A DNA stretch of 64,000 nt from an uncultured Lentisphaerales bacterium. GTDB lineage: Bacteria; Verrucomicrobiota; Lentisphaeria; JABSQK01; UBA12247. Where the stretch lies: positions 96,058 to 160,057 of the forward strand of contig CALSSJ010000036.1 in NCBI GenBank assembly GCA_943788985.1, written 5' to 3'. Each line of letters opens with the position of its first letter. Positions within the stretch are counted from its first letter, which is position 1. This document shows positions 9,944 to 20,685 of this stretch, piece after piece. The position numbers were made by a program, and so were the translations under genes. Below the pieces are notes generated by a model. The model was not told the DNA's origin. It made no database searches and saw only the letters and a program-made list of their open reading frames with translations.

Positions 9944-11641
9944 ATGTTCGACACCCCTCATCTTCACAGTGACTGGGTAAATCGCGAACTCGCGTCCCTG
10001 AGCCTGACAGAGAAGCTTGCCCAACTCCTCGTTGCGCATCTTAATCCGGAGCACAGCACGCCCATCCTGCAAGCCAGCTTGGGCCCCACCCCAACAGGCG
10101 GATACTGCCTGATCGGCGCCGACGCCAAAGACGTGCTGCGCACAACTGCCTGGCTCCAGAAACGCGAAGGTGTTCCGCCATTGATAGGTGCCAACATGGA
10201 GCATGGTGCCGGCCGCATCATTCGGGGTGCCACCGTGTTTCCGGACGCATTGGCTCTGGCAGCTGTTAACGACGAAAAGTTGGCCTTGAAACAGGCAGTG
10301 TCCATGGCCCGCGAGGCAAGAGCCCACGGCATATCATGGAGTTTTTCCCCAGTCGTCGACCTGCAGGCTCATCCCCATAGCCCGGCGGTAAACACCCGAG
10401 GGCTCGGCGACTGCCCAGAGCGAGTGATTCGCCTTGCTGAGAACCTTATCAGAGGCATGCAAAAGAATGGCCTTTGTGCCACAGCCAGGCATTTCCCCGG
10501 CGACGGGTTTGACGACCGCGACCAACATGTCTGCACCACCACCAATCCGCTTTCCATGGATGCCTGGCATGCGACCAGCGGCCGCATCTTTAAGGCCGTA
10601 ATCGACGCTGGCGTACATACAATCATGACTGGTCATATCGCCTTGCCCGCCTGCGATCCGGGCACCAATCGAAAACTCGGAGCACCACCAGCCACGCTCA
10701 GTAGCCGGATTCTGCTGGATCTCCTGCGCTGTGAGCTCGGCTTCAAGGGGCTTATCCTAGCCGGGCCTGTCGACATGGGGGGAATCACCAGCCAGGGCAG
10801 CCATGTAGAGATTCTGTCTGGTGCCATCAACGCTGGCTGTGACATGCTCCTATTCTCGAATCCCAGCCGCGATCTGCCACTTCTCCAGCGTGCAGTTCAG
10901 CGTCACATCCTCAGTGAGGAGCGAATCGACGAATCAGTCCGCCGAGTCCTTGCTCTCAAGGAGCATCTTCAACTTCACCAGCCGTCCCCAAGCCCCGCTC
11001 TAACTGACGACGATCGCACCCGCCATGCCGCGACGGCACGTACGATTTCTCGCCGTGCGGTCACCGTAGTGCGCGATCGAGACAGCATTCTGCCAATAAC
11101 ACTTGGCCGCGGGCGCCAGATCCTGTCCATGCAGGTCAAGGGTGCGTCCAACCGCTCTCTGGCTACCATCGACGAATGTCTTCGTAGCAGCGGAGCAGAT
11201 CTAACACGCATGATCGCAGGCGAGGCCGATCTCTGGATCAGTGAAGATGACGTGAATTCTTTCGACTGTATTCTGGTCCACCTGCTCTTCTGCCCAACCC
11301 GCAGCACCGCTCGCGTTCGTCCAGGTGGTATGTACATGCGCACCCTGAGTCGTCTCCTGAGTTGCCGACACCCGCGGGTTGTCCTGATTTCGTATGGCTC
11401 CCCCTATCACGGGCACGACTTCCCCCATCTTCCAACCCTCATAAACGCCTACTCCTCCGACACACAATCGCAAAAGGCTGTTTTCGATGTTCTCCAGGGC
11501 AAGCTAGTCCCAACCGCCACAAGCCCTGTCTGTCTAGATGGGCCAGCGACACTCAGCGAAGCCTGGGCACGCGAGACTGCCTGCCGTCAAGCCCCAAATT
11601 CCGAGCGAATAATCCTCGATGGGCTCACACGAAATTATTGA
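9944..11641 (+). CDS. GH3 beta-N-acetylhexosaminidase-like protein with degenerate active-site motifs
   Basis: FSPVVD, NTRGLGD, RHFPGDGFDDRDQH, IMTGHI, PATLS, LGFKGLI and AGCDMLL motifs plus a C-terminal GH3 domain. Confidence 0.85.
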   Translation: MFDTPHLHSDWVNRELASLSLTEKLAQLLVAHLNPEHSTPILQASLGPTPTGGYCLIGADAKDVLRTTAWLQKREGVPPLIGANMEHGAGRIIRGATVFPDALALAAVNDEKLALKQAVSMAREARAHGISWSFSPVVDLQAHPHSPAVNTRGLGDCPERVIRLAENLIRGMQKNGLCATARHFPGDGFDDRDQHVCTTTNPLSMDAWHATSGRIFKAVIDAGVHTIMTGHIALPACDPGTNRKLGAPPATLSSRILLDLLRCELGFKGLILAGPVDMGGITSQGSHVEILSGAINAGCDMLLFSNPSRDLPLLQRAVQRHILSEERIDESVRRVLALKEHLQLHQPSPSPALTDDDRTRHAATARTISRRAVTVVRDRDSILPITLGRGRQILSMQVKGASNRSLATIDECLRSSGADLTRMIAGEADLWISEDDVNSFDCILVHLLFCPTRSTARVRPGGMYMRTLSRLLSCRHPRVVLISYGSPYHGHDFPHLPTLINAYSSDTQSQKAVFDVLQGKLVPTATSPVCLDGPATLSEAWARETACRQAPNSERIILDGLTRNY

Positions 11642-11642
11642 C

Positions 11643-12536
11643 CTACAGTGAAAAGCCCAGCAGGCCGAAACAGGGTAGCAGTTCAGAAACGGTAGACGCC
11701 CCCTGCTCTGCCCAACCGCCGAATTCGGCAATCTGCTGCAACTCCCAGTCATCGCTGTAGTGCAGCAGATACATCTTGCGAGTCATTTCCTCGGGCAAAT
11801 CCCGGAGATCGTCGAGCGGTGCATGGACCGAGCCGCGAAAAAACTGCACGCCATGAAACATGACGCTGCTTTTTGGCCCGTAGTAATCGAGCAGGGCGCG
11901 GTCGAACTTGGTGTCACAGGAGATAAAGACCTGCTCGTTGACAAACATCCATCATGAAATAAGGCTGGTCTCCCAGGTGGTGCTTTGCTCCGGAATGTGC
12001 GTGGTACGAAACAACTCGATATGCGATGGGCCATGCTGCACGGTATACGTTTCCCGCGGCTGCATTCTCTTCCTGCTCGGAGGGATCACCTCGAAAAAGT
12101 CGCTGAATGATAGCTCTTGAGCAGTACCCACATCTTTCTAGTTCCACTCAAGGCCACCACGAAGGGTATAATCCCACAATACCCGTTGGTAGTTCTCATC
12201 AATGATAATCGTGAGCTTTTTCTTGCCCAGCGTGAGCATTCCTATATAGCGGTTCATCAAAGCCAAACTCTCAATACCGCCGACGTGGTCCGCGTGTGAG
12301 TGCGTCAGCAACACCACTTCGATATCGGGTGGCTCAAGTCCGGTGACATCACGCAGCGCCCGCGGCCCCGTCATCGCAAAGTCCACCAGCACATGGTGAT
12401 CTTCCTGCACCAACAAAAAGTTCAGTTAATTGTGCCGTGACGCGAACGCAGAACCAACTCCCAGGAAGAAGAATTCCAAGTCTCCGTCATTTGCCAGCGA
12501 ATACTTTTCTCCAAGCTCCGGCCTACGCGTGATCAT
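11643..12536 (-). pseudogene. MBL-fold metallo-hydrolase interrupted by three in-frame stops
   Basis: FLGVGSAF, THSHADH, SCDT and LLHYSD motifs lie in one frame, with stops TAA 12426-12428, TAG 12138-12140 and TGA 11952-11954. Confidence 0.8.
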
Positions 12537-12624
12537 CCGGTGCGTCCGTTTCAGACTCCCAATCACCGTAATTAGATAAATGCCTCCTGACAGGCCTAAT
12601 CCGGAAACTGAGCGCTCAACGCTC

Positions 12625-14556
12625 TTAGGCGCAGGATTCTGCCGCGGCCAGGACCGCTGCGAACGGGACGTCCTCCAGGCTTGCGAATCGCGGATCACGC
12701 GTCAGCGAAGGTCGCGATCGTGAAGTCGCGGGAGACGCGATGCCGCACAGAAACTTTGCCCGCTGCCTGGGGCTTTGGAGTGCTGCAGGTGCGTCTTGCG
12801 CAAGTTTGCGGATGACGGCCGTTTGCGGCTCTGTCAGGTCGGGACGCTCCAGCGACGGACCTGCTTCTGGGCGTTCACCTTTGCACCAATCACAGTGCCC
12901 ACAATCTTGCCCCAACTCCTCGCCGAAATAGCCCAGCAGGCGTCGCACGACGCAGCCATTTTCGAGGAGAATCTCCTCAAGTCTTCCGATCCGCTGGATG
13001 TCACGGGATTCTGACGCTTTGAATCGTGCAATAATTTCACTAGCAACAGCTTCCGGCTCAAACTGTGCCCCAGTGCGGCGATAGCCCTGGCGCACGCCAC
13101 TGACCTGTGTCTGGATCATGCCCTGTTCTTCCATATAGTTCACCGCGGCGAGAAGTCGCGAGCGCTGCTCGCCCATTGCCTGTGCCGCCTCGGTGACATC
13201 CAGGCTCAGCCACTTCCGGCCGGACCTTCCATGGCCTAGCATTGTCCGCAGAAACGTCTGTCTCGCAGCGTCAAACCGCCCCATCGCCTCACCTTCGGGG
13301 ATCAGAAAGGCGATCTTGTACACACTGTAGAACGGCGCAGTACCAGCCAGAACGCCCCCTAACTCCAAATAACACAGCAACGTATTCACCACCAGTGGGC
13401 GAATATCGTACCGCGTCGACAGGTCGTAGACAGAGACGTCAAACGAATCCCCCAGCCCGTGAAGCTCCCTCACCAGACCAAGAACACTGCTCGGCTCCGG
13501 CGTATCTCCATAGGTAAAATTCTCTAGCACAATACGATCCTGAGAATGCAGCAGGGCCTCGCAGATCGCCGGCACTCCATCCCGCCCAGCACGACCGATT
13601 TCCTGCGCGTAGTTCTCCAGCGATTTCGGCATGTTGTAATGGTATACGTAACGAATGTTGGACTTGTCGATTCCCATACCGAACGCGATCGTCGCGACCA
13701 CAATGCTCTCGGCCCCTGCCATGAACTCATCCTGAATCTTCGAGCGTACCTCAGCGTCCAAGCCCGCATGATAGGCTGCTGCTGGAAGGCCTTTCTGCTG
13801 CAACCAGTCGGCTAACTGCTCCGCGGTTTTCTGTAGTGTCACGTAGACGATCGTCGCACCCGCTGCACGCTGTTGCAACCGCGCAAGCAGGGCATACCCT
13901 CGCTTCTTGAGAGGTGTCGGAGTCAGACGCAGTTCCAAGTTCGGCCGATAGTAGCCGATATTCACGTAGGCCTCGTCGCGAATGGAGAATAGCGCGCAAA
14001 TGTCCGCGGCCACTTGTGGTGTCGCCGTCGCTGTAAGCGCCAGAACGCGCGGCACGGCCAATTGCTCCGCAACCCTTGCAAGTTTCAGATAGTCAGGTCG
14101 AAAGTTATGCCCCCACTCCGACATGCAGTGCGCCTCGTCGATCACCATCATTGCGATCTTTACTCGCTCCAGCTGTGACCGAAAACGCTCGTTTGAAAGC
14201 CGCTCCGGAGCCACATATAACATCTTAAGCGAGCCCGAGCGAATCTGATCCCAGACGGCGCGATACTCTTCGAGACTGAGCGAGGAGTCCAATCTCGCCG
14301 CGGGTATGTTGCGCCTGTGCAGAAAATCGATCTGGTCCTTCATCAGCGCAATCAGCGGCGACACCACGAGCGTAAGCTCCGAAAAAATGCACGCTGGAAG
14401 TTGGTAGCACAGGCTCTTGCCACTCCCAGTAGGGAACACCGCCAGCGCGGAATGCCCAGCGAGTAGCTGCTCTGTAACCTCGAGCTGACCCTCCCGAAAA
14501 TCCGGAAAACCGAACCAACGGTCCAGTGCTTCTCGCGGCGAAATCTCAACTGACAT
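12625..14556 (-). CDS. RecQ-family ATP-dependent DNA helicase
   Basis: PTGSGKSLCYQ, DEAHCMSEWGHNFRPDY, ATIAFGMGIDK, QEIGRAGRDG and Zn-binding CGHCDWC. Confidence 0.95.
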   Translation of the reverse strand: MSVEISPREALDRWFGFPDFREGQLEVTEQLLAGHSALAVFPTGSGKSLCYQLPACIFSELTLVVSPLIALMKDQIDFLHRRNIPAARLDSSLSLEEYRAVWDQIRSGSLKMLYVAPERLSNERFRSQLERVKIAMMVIDEAHCMSEWGHNFRPDYLKLARVAEQLAVPRVLALTATATPQVAADICALFSIRDEAYVNIGYYRPNLELRLTPTPLKKRGYALLARLQQRAAGATIVYVTLQKTAEQLADWLQQKGLPAAAYHAGLDAEVRSKIQDEFMAGAESIVVATIAFGMGIDKSNIRYVYHYNMPKSLENYAQEIGRAGRDGVPAICEALLHSQDRIVLENFTYGDTPEPSSVLGLVRELHGLGDSFDVSVYDLSTRYDIRPLVVNTLLCYLELGGVLAGTAPFYSVYKIAFLIPEGEAMGRFDAARQTFLRTMLGHGRSGRKWLSLDVTEAAQAMGEQRSRLLAAVNYMEEQGMIQTQVSGVRQGYRRTGAQFEPEAVASEIIARFKASESRDIQRIGRLEEILLENGCVVRRLLGYFGEELGQDCGHCDWCKGERPEAGPSLERPDLTEPQTAVIRKLAQDAPAALQSPRQRAKFLCGIASPATSRSRPSLTRDPRFASLEDVPFAAVLAAAESCA

Positions 14557-14740
14557 GAAAGGCCTCCCCTGAAATACTTATATTTGTTAGTATGAAGATA
14601 AGGACGAAATCACTCTCCGCAACTGCGCTACAAAAAAAAAGGGGCTCAAACTCTAACTGGGCTGCCAATTCTACGTTCCTTACTTGTCTCGTAGCATCGC
14701 TTGTTTAGGGTACGGGCACGCGATACGCGGGGGGTATTTG

Positions 14741-17218
14741 GTGGCAACTACAGAAGCAACTCAAAAACAACGAAAACCCAGTCAGACGGTCCATGAGGTC
14801 GTATCTGCCCTGACTCTGCGTGCAATATTGACGCGCTTGGTTCTGTTGGCGATCGGCCTTCTTCTGCTCCTCGCTCTGATTTCTCATAATCCAGATGACA
14901 CCTTCGTCCTAGAAGGTGGCCTGCGCGAATTCGCCACCGTCACGAATTGGATTGGTCTGCTTGGGGCACGGCTTTCCGGTACACTGCTGCAATGGCTTGG
15001 GTTTGCCTCATTTGTCGCCGCGGTCACCCTCCAGCTCTGCGCTTGCTCCCGCTTTGTCGGCCCGGCACTGACCGGCGGACCCGCGTTGCTATACCTCCTC
15101 GCAACGGGCTTGATCACTGTAGGTGCGGCCATGCTGCTAGGTATTTTTCCCGAATTCGGGGGCGCCCTCGCCGACAGATTCAATGTCGCTGGTATCCCTG
15201 GCGGCGTCTTGGGACAAAAACTGACAGCCCCGGGACCTATGGAATTGGGAGGCGGCTGGTTGGCCCTAGTGATGAACACCGCTGGCTGTGGCATTGTCTC
15301 AAGCCTGATGATCTTGATCGGTACCATCACACTCTATTGGTTCGACTGGCATGGTCATTTCTTGCGCCGGTTCTTCCCCGAACGCAAGGCCAAGGCCACC
15401 ACGCCCGAGAAAGAGAACGATACAGAGCCGCAGACTGAGACGGAAGCTGGAGAACCAATTTCGGCGAAGCAGAAACAGAAACAGAAGCGCGAGGAGTGGC
15501 GCGCCGCTGAAGAACGCAAGCTTAAAGAAAAGCAAGAAAAGGCCGAAGCCGAGGCGAAAAAGGCCAGTCAGGTGGCCCCAACAGTCGAGCCAGTTGAACC
15601 AGCTCCAGTGAAGAAGCCAGCGAAGGCCCCCCCTGCGGTGCCTGCGCCCGCTGCTACACCAGCCAAGCCCCTCGTTCCCTTCAAACTGCCTGGAAATGAT
15701 CTTCTCTCTCGCATCCGCAACGCAGCAAGCATGACCCCTAAGGAGGTCAACGAGAAGAAACGTATCCTGCAGGACACCCTCGAGAGCTTCGGCATTGATG
15801 CGCTGGTCGGCGACTCCACCTGCGGGCCACGCGTCACGCTCTACGAGATTAAGCCAGCTCCCGGCATTCGCGTGGAAAAAATCAGTAGTCTAGCCAACAA
15901 CTTCGCGATGAATCTCCGCGCCGAAAGCCTGCGTATTCTGACCCCGATTCCCGGGCGGGATTCAGTCGGCATTGAAGTCCCCAACAACGTCTTCGGTCCG
16001 GTTTCGTTTCGCGACCTCCTCAACTCCCCGACTTGGACCGGGACAAAGGCTGCTATCCCCGTGTCCCTGGGCAAGAACATTGCCGGGCAACCCGTCATCT
16101 TGGATCTCGCAGATGCTCCCCATTTGTTGATCGCTGGCGCGACCGGTAGCGGAAAATCCGTGTGTATGAACGCCCTCATCCTCAGCCTGCTGTTCCGCTT
16201 CAAGCCCGATGAACTGAAGCTCGTGATGGTTGACCCGAAAGTAGTCGAACTCAGCGTTTACAATCCGCTACCGCATCTCGTAGCACCCGTGGTCAGCGAA
16301 GTCAAGAAAGTTCCGCTGGCCCTGCGCTGGGCAGTCGCGCAGATGGAGTGGCGCTACAAAGTGCTGGCCAAGGTCGGCGTCAGAAACCTTGAGGGCTTCA
16401 ACAACCGCAAGCCAGCGGCAGAAGTCGTGCTTGATGAAGACGGGCAGCCCATTCCCGCGCGCCTGCCGTTCCTAGTTATTATCATTGACGAGTTGGCAGA
16501 CATCATGATGACCGCCAAGGCGGACGTCGAGACCTCCCTCGCTCGCATCGCCCAGCTTGGACGTGCCGCTGGCATCCATGCAGTTGTCGCGACCCAGCGC
16601 CCAAGCGTGAACGTTATCACGGGAATCATTAAGGCAAACTTTCCGACCCGTATTGCTTTTCAGGTATCCTCTGTCGTCGACTCGCGCACCATCATCGATG
16701 GCAAGGGTGCAGAGGCCCTGCTCGGCAAGGGCGACATGCTGTTTAAATCCCGCTCAGGCCGCATGGATCGCGTCCAGGGCGCGATGGTCAGCGATGAAGA
16801 GATTGAGAAAGTGATCGACTGCGTGATTACCCAAGCCCCGCAGGCTTTCAGCGAAGACATCTTCTCGCCCAATGCCATGAAAATGGATGATGCGGCTGTT
16901 GCAGCACTGGATCCCGATGGTGCCGCTGCAGCCCCGCAGGAAAAAGGGTTCGTAGACGTCGGCATCGAGACCATGGAACCCGATGGCGACGATGCTCTGA
17001 TGATGCGCTCGATCCAAGTGATCGTCAAAGATCGGCGCGCCACCACGAGCTACCTGCAACGCAGTCTGCGTATTGGCTATAACCGCGCCGCCACCATGAT
17101 TGAAGAACTCGAAAATCGCGGCATTATTGGCCCTCAGATCGGCACTGCGCCGCGGCGCATTCTGGTTGAAAGTATGGAAGAAGCAATCGCCAAGTGCAAA
17201 CAGGGCGGCGGTGAGTAG
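14741..17218 (+). CDS. ftsK: DNA translocase FtsK
   Basis: N-terminal TM domain, HLLIAGATGSGKS, IIIDELAD, ATQRPS and gamma domain LQRSLRIGYNRAA. Start codon uncertain (14684-14741). Confidence 0.95.
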   Translation: MATTEATQKQRKPSQTVHEVVSALTLRAILTRLVLLAIGLLLLLALISHNPDDTFVLEGGLREFATVTNWIGLLGARLSGTLLQWLGFASFVAAVTLQLCACSRFVGPALTGGPALLYLLATGLITVGAAMLLGIFPEFGGALADRFNVAGIPGGVLGQKLTAPGPMELGGGWLALVMNTAGCGIVSSLMILIGTITLYWFDWHGHFLRRFFPERKAKATTPEKENDTEPQTETEAGEPISAKQKQKQKREEWRAAEERKLKEKQEKAEAEAKKASQVAPTVEPVEPAPVKKPAKAPPAVPAPAATPAKPLVPFKLPGNDLLSRIRNAASMTPKEVNEKKRILQDTLESFGIDALVGDSTCGPRVTLYEIKPAPGIRVEKISSLANNFAMNLRAESLRILTPIPGRDSVGIEVPNNVFGPVSFRDLLNSPTWTGTKAAIPVSLGKNIAGQPVILDLADAPHLLIAGATGSGKSVCMNALILSLLFRFKPDELKLVMVDPKVVELSVYNPLPHLVAPVVSEVKKVPLALRWAVAQMEWRYKVLAKVGVRNLEGFNNRKPAAEVVLDEDGQPIPARLPFLVIIIDELADIMMTAKADVETSLARIAQLGRAAGIHAVVATQRPSVNVITGIIKANFPTRIAFQVSSVVDSRTIIDGKGAEALLGKGDMLFKSRSGRMDRVQGAMVSDEEIEKVIDCVITQAPQAFSEDIFSPNAMKMDDAAVAALDPDGAAAAPQEKGFVDVGIETMEPDGDDALMMRSIQVIVKDRRATTSYLQRSLRIGYNRAATMIEELENRGIIGPQIGTAPRRILVESMEEAIAKCKQGGGE

Positions 17219-17219
17219 A

Positions 17220-18614
17220 ATGTCGTCGGACACCAAGCAGCACACACGGCAGTTGGAGCTCAATCTTTGGGCGGATTTGATAGAACCAGTCGCGGCCCCC
17301 AAGCCAAGAGCCGCTACCGTGCGCGGAAAGGCTTCCAGCATCACACAGACATCACTGCCCTCACCTGCTGAATCGGCTCCGGCCGCGCAACTAGAGCTGT
17401 TGGCCGCTGCGCCTCCAGAGCCGGAATCTCAACAACAGGCTGAACAGGACAACATGCCAGACCCACTCGATACCATCACTGACGACGAAGCATCCGCCCC
17501 CTTGCCGGATGAGGACATTGAACAGTCAGTTCAAGACGAGAACGGTCTTCCTGTGGATGATGAGCCACCCGCCTCGCCCGAAGAGCTGGACCAAGCCAAG
17601 ACAATCCCCGACGTCAGCGAGCCTGCAGCTCAGGAACCACCTGCCACCGAGGACACCTCCGACGGTAACGAAACAATGCTTGACCGGCCACTGGATACCG
17701 ACCTGCAGAACGATGAAACCGAAGAAATTACGGCAGACGACACCGTTGAGGACGATGCGAACTCCGCAACTCCGGAACCCGTACCCGAAGAGAAGCCATT
17801 CAAGCTCAAACTGGCGGGCGAGAGTGAGACCACGGACTCGCCCCCCCCGAGAGCCGACACGCCCACCGTTGCAGCCCAGCCAGACGCCCCTCTCGAGGAC
17901 GACCATGGCGGGAGTATTACCGCGGACGTCGTCTTTCCTGGAGTTCCCCTTAAGCCACCCGGCAAGGAAGACCATCGCTGGGTAGACACCCACGAACTGC
18001 ACATCCCGGCGCTGGAAGACCAAATTGCATCGCGCGCTTTGGCAGGTGAATGGGCTGAGCTGCTCGCAGACGGCGTGTCTGCCGGCTCCTTGCTCACGCA
18101 CGCGAGACGCAGCGGCAAGCGTACCTTGCCACAGGTCTCCTCCAAAACCCACATCAAGGCTGACTTCATCCGCCGCTTGGAGCTTGATGACTATAATTCC
18201 CTGCCAAAAGACGCGTTCTACGCGAAAGGCTGGATCAAGAAACTCTGCGCCCTCTACCAGATCCCGGATGAGCCGTTCTGTACGTTAATCTCCGACTGGT
18301 ATGCCCAGCGCGAACAACGCGAGTTTCCCGAAGCACTCATTCCCGAAGAGAAGACCCTCACGCGCCGGCCGATCGAAGAGGAGCAAGACAGCGCCGAAGC
18401 CCGGCGCCCTGGCGGAGTACGCCTGCTGGCGATCGCAATTGCGGTGATCGCAATTCTCGCAGCAATCGGCACAGTCATATCAGTCACACGCGAGAACCCA
18501 TCGCCCAGCGACTCACCGGTAGTCGCAGCCACGCAGCCTGTCGCCCTGCCGCAGATCATAAGCGAGCAGAATGTACTGGATCTGCTGCCCCCCCGAAACA
18601 CTACCGCTTACTGA
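17220..18614 (+). CDS. RodZ-like helix-turn-helix membrane protein with long acidic N-terminal extension
   Basis: GSLLTHARR...IKADFIRRLELDDYNSLP..FYAKGWIKKLC (HTH_25-like) followed by a TM helix; directly downstream of ftsK. Confidence 0.7.
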   Translation: MSSDTKQHTRQLELNLWADLIEPVAAPKPRAATVRGKASSITQTSLPSPAESAPAAQLELLAAAPPEPESQQQAEQDNMPDPLDTITDDEASAPLPDEDIEQSVQDENGLPVDDEPPASPEELDQAKTIPDVSEPAAQEPPATEDTSDGNETMLDRPLDTDLQNDETEEITADDTVEDDANSATPEPVPEEKPFKLKLAGESETTDSPPPRADTPTVAAQPDAPLEDDHGGSITADVVFPGVPLKPPGKEDHRWVDTHELHIPALEDQIASRALAGEWAELLADGVSAGSLLTHARRSGKRTLPQVSSKTHIKADFIRRLELDDYNSLPKDAFYAKGWIKKLCALYQIPDEPFCTLISDWYAQREQREFPEALIPEEKTLTRRPIEEEQDSAEARRPGGVRLLAIAIAVIAILAAIGTVISVTRENPSPSDSPVVAATQPVALPQIISEQNVLDLLPPRNTTAY

Positions 18615-18677
18615 GCTCCCCGTCCCGGGAGAGTAGGCTCGGCCGAGGCAGCCTGTGCTTACAGGCTGAAACTGTTT

Positions 18678-19966
18678 ATGTCTGATCGCGTTTCATTCTT
18701 CACCTTTGGCTGCCGTCTCAATCAGGCAGAAACCGCCACGCTCGGCGCCTCATTTCGCCAAGAAGGCTTCTCCGTTGTCCCCTACGGAGAGCCGTGCGAT
18801 ATCGTCGTCGTCAACACCTGTACCATTACCGAAAACGGTGACGCGGACACCCGCAAACTCGTGAACCGAGTCGCCCGCAAACAGCCGCAGGCCAATATCG
18901 CCCTGATTGGTTGCCAAGCCCAGATGCAAGCCAAAGCTCTGGCCGGGTTCAAGTCCGTCGCCTGGGTCGTAGGCAATGCTAGAAAGATGGAACTTCCAAC
19001 CATCATTCGCAAGCAACCCGCCTCCGACGAAGTCGTTGTTCTTCGTGAGCCCCCATCTCGCAAGCCATTCACCCAGCCCGTCATCGGGCGGGAAGATCAC
19101 CGCACCCGGGCCAACCTGAAGGTCCAGGATGGCTGCGATTTCTTTTGCAGCTTCTGTGTCGTCCCATTTGCCCGCGGACGTGCCCGGGGCCGAGAGTTCG
19201 ATGATATTCTCCACGAAGGAAAAGCACTGGTTGACGCAGGATTCCGCGAGATCGTCATCACCGGCGTAAATGTCGGCACCTACCAACTCGAGACGTACGG
19301 CTTCGCCGACGTGGTCGATGCGCTCTCCGCAATTCCCGGTTTGGACCGGCTGCGAATCTCATCGATTGAGCCTACCACCATTGCTCCGGATATCCTTCAC
19401 CTGATTCAGACACGGCCCAACATCTGCCGCTACCTGCATGTGCCCATCCAGAGCGGAAATGACACCGTCCTCACTCGCATGGCACGCAAGTACACCACAG
19501 CGGACTTTCTAGACTTTATGTCCCAAGCGCACCGGGAAATTCCCGACCTCTGTTTCGGGACCGATGTCATCGTCGGTTTTTCCTGGCGAGAGCGAACAGG
19601 AGTTCGACGAGACTGCCGACCTTATTCGCGACAACGAGTTCGCCTATCTGCACGTATTCAGCTACTCCAACCGAAAGCACGCGAAAAGTGCGGAGTTCGC
19701 AGAACAGGTCCCCACAGGCGAGATTAAACGCCGCAGCAAGATCCTGCGCGACCTCAGCGATCGCAAGCGCTCCATTTACATGCATCGCTACCTTGGCCAA
19801 GAAGCCGAAGTGCTCTTTGAGCAACAAAAAGACGGACGCTGGGTCGGGCCTCACCGACACATTTATTCGTGTCTATGCGGAGTCCGCACACGACCTCGAG
19901 AACAAGCTCGTTCCCGTTCGCCTCGACACCGTCGAGCCCCGCGCGCTATTCGCGACCGTTCTTTGA
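18678..19966 (+). CDS. mtaB: tRNA t6A37 methylthiotransferase MtaB (two +1 frameshifts, likely sequencing errors)
   Basis: TFGCRLNQAE, NTCTIT and radical-SAM QDGCDFFCSFC. Extra T at about 19577-19581 and extra G at about 19846-19848. Confidence 0.9.
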
Positions 19967-20391
19967 ACAGAGCCCAAACGGATCCGTAAAGAGATACTTG
20001 GGGCTATCGAAACAACTCGCTACTAGGTTGGATGACGAGGGCCTATGCACATACGTTCCATTCATTCCGCACGCCTAGATCGAGTCAGGAGCACCCTCGT
20101 TGAGCCGCATCTGGTACACACCACACCCGCTTCGAATCGGTCTACGGAATCAGTGACGAGCAAGCTTGGAGCCGACTTGGAGGTGTATGAGTTGCCCCGG
20201 AGACTCGTCTGCGGTCTCCTCGTGCGCTTTCACCAACGCGGGCCCCAAGCCCCCCAAGCACTGCCTCAACCTGCGCATCACTCAGCGGCCGCAAAGAGAG
20301 TTCACTGGTAGTGTGCGCTGGCAAACGTAGCCACATGCCTTGCCGAAGTGGAAGTGCCAGCCACGACTGAGCAGTCTGCAAAGAGCATCAG

Positions 20392-20649
20392 TCAGTCTGA
20401 GTCTTGCAGCCGCTTCTTTATCCGCTCTTTCGCGCCCTCGGGAAGGCAATCTGGCTGTTGGCAGCAGCCTTCTTTTTCCCGCTCCGCCAGAATCCGCGCG
20501 CAGTCCTGCATAACCATCACGCCCTTGTGATAGCGCGAACAGATGCAGCAGAGCGAAACATGAAGCTTCAGGCCTAGGCGCTGCCACCTCGGCAAGTCCT
20601 CGTAGTTCGTTTCAGCCAGAGCCTCTGCAACTCGTTTACAGGTCCACAT
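20392..20649 (-). CDS. zf-HC2 zinc-binding anti-sigma factor
   Basis: MWTC...LHVSLCCICSRY (Cys + HxxxCxxC), immediately downstream of an ECF sigma gene. Confidence 0.75.
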   Translation of the reverse strand: MWTCKRVAEALAETNYEDLPRWQRLGLKLHVSLCCICSRYHKGVMVMQDCARILAEREKEGCCQQPDCLPEGAKERIKKRLQDSD

Positions 20650-20685
20650 TTAGCGTCTCAGGTCTCCTAAGTTGCGTCTGATGCA

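Noticed and set aside
11643..12536. Stop-codon reassignment or selenocysteine readthrough in the MBL gene
   Set aside because: All three stop types occur, and each is used as a normal terminator by neighbouring genes.
19970..20390. Short ORFs between mtaB and the anti-sigma gene
   Set aside because: No recognisable motif, RBS or consistent frame; left unannotated.
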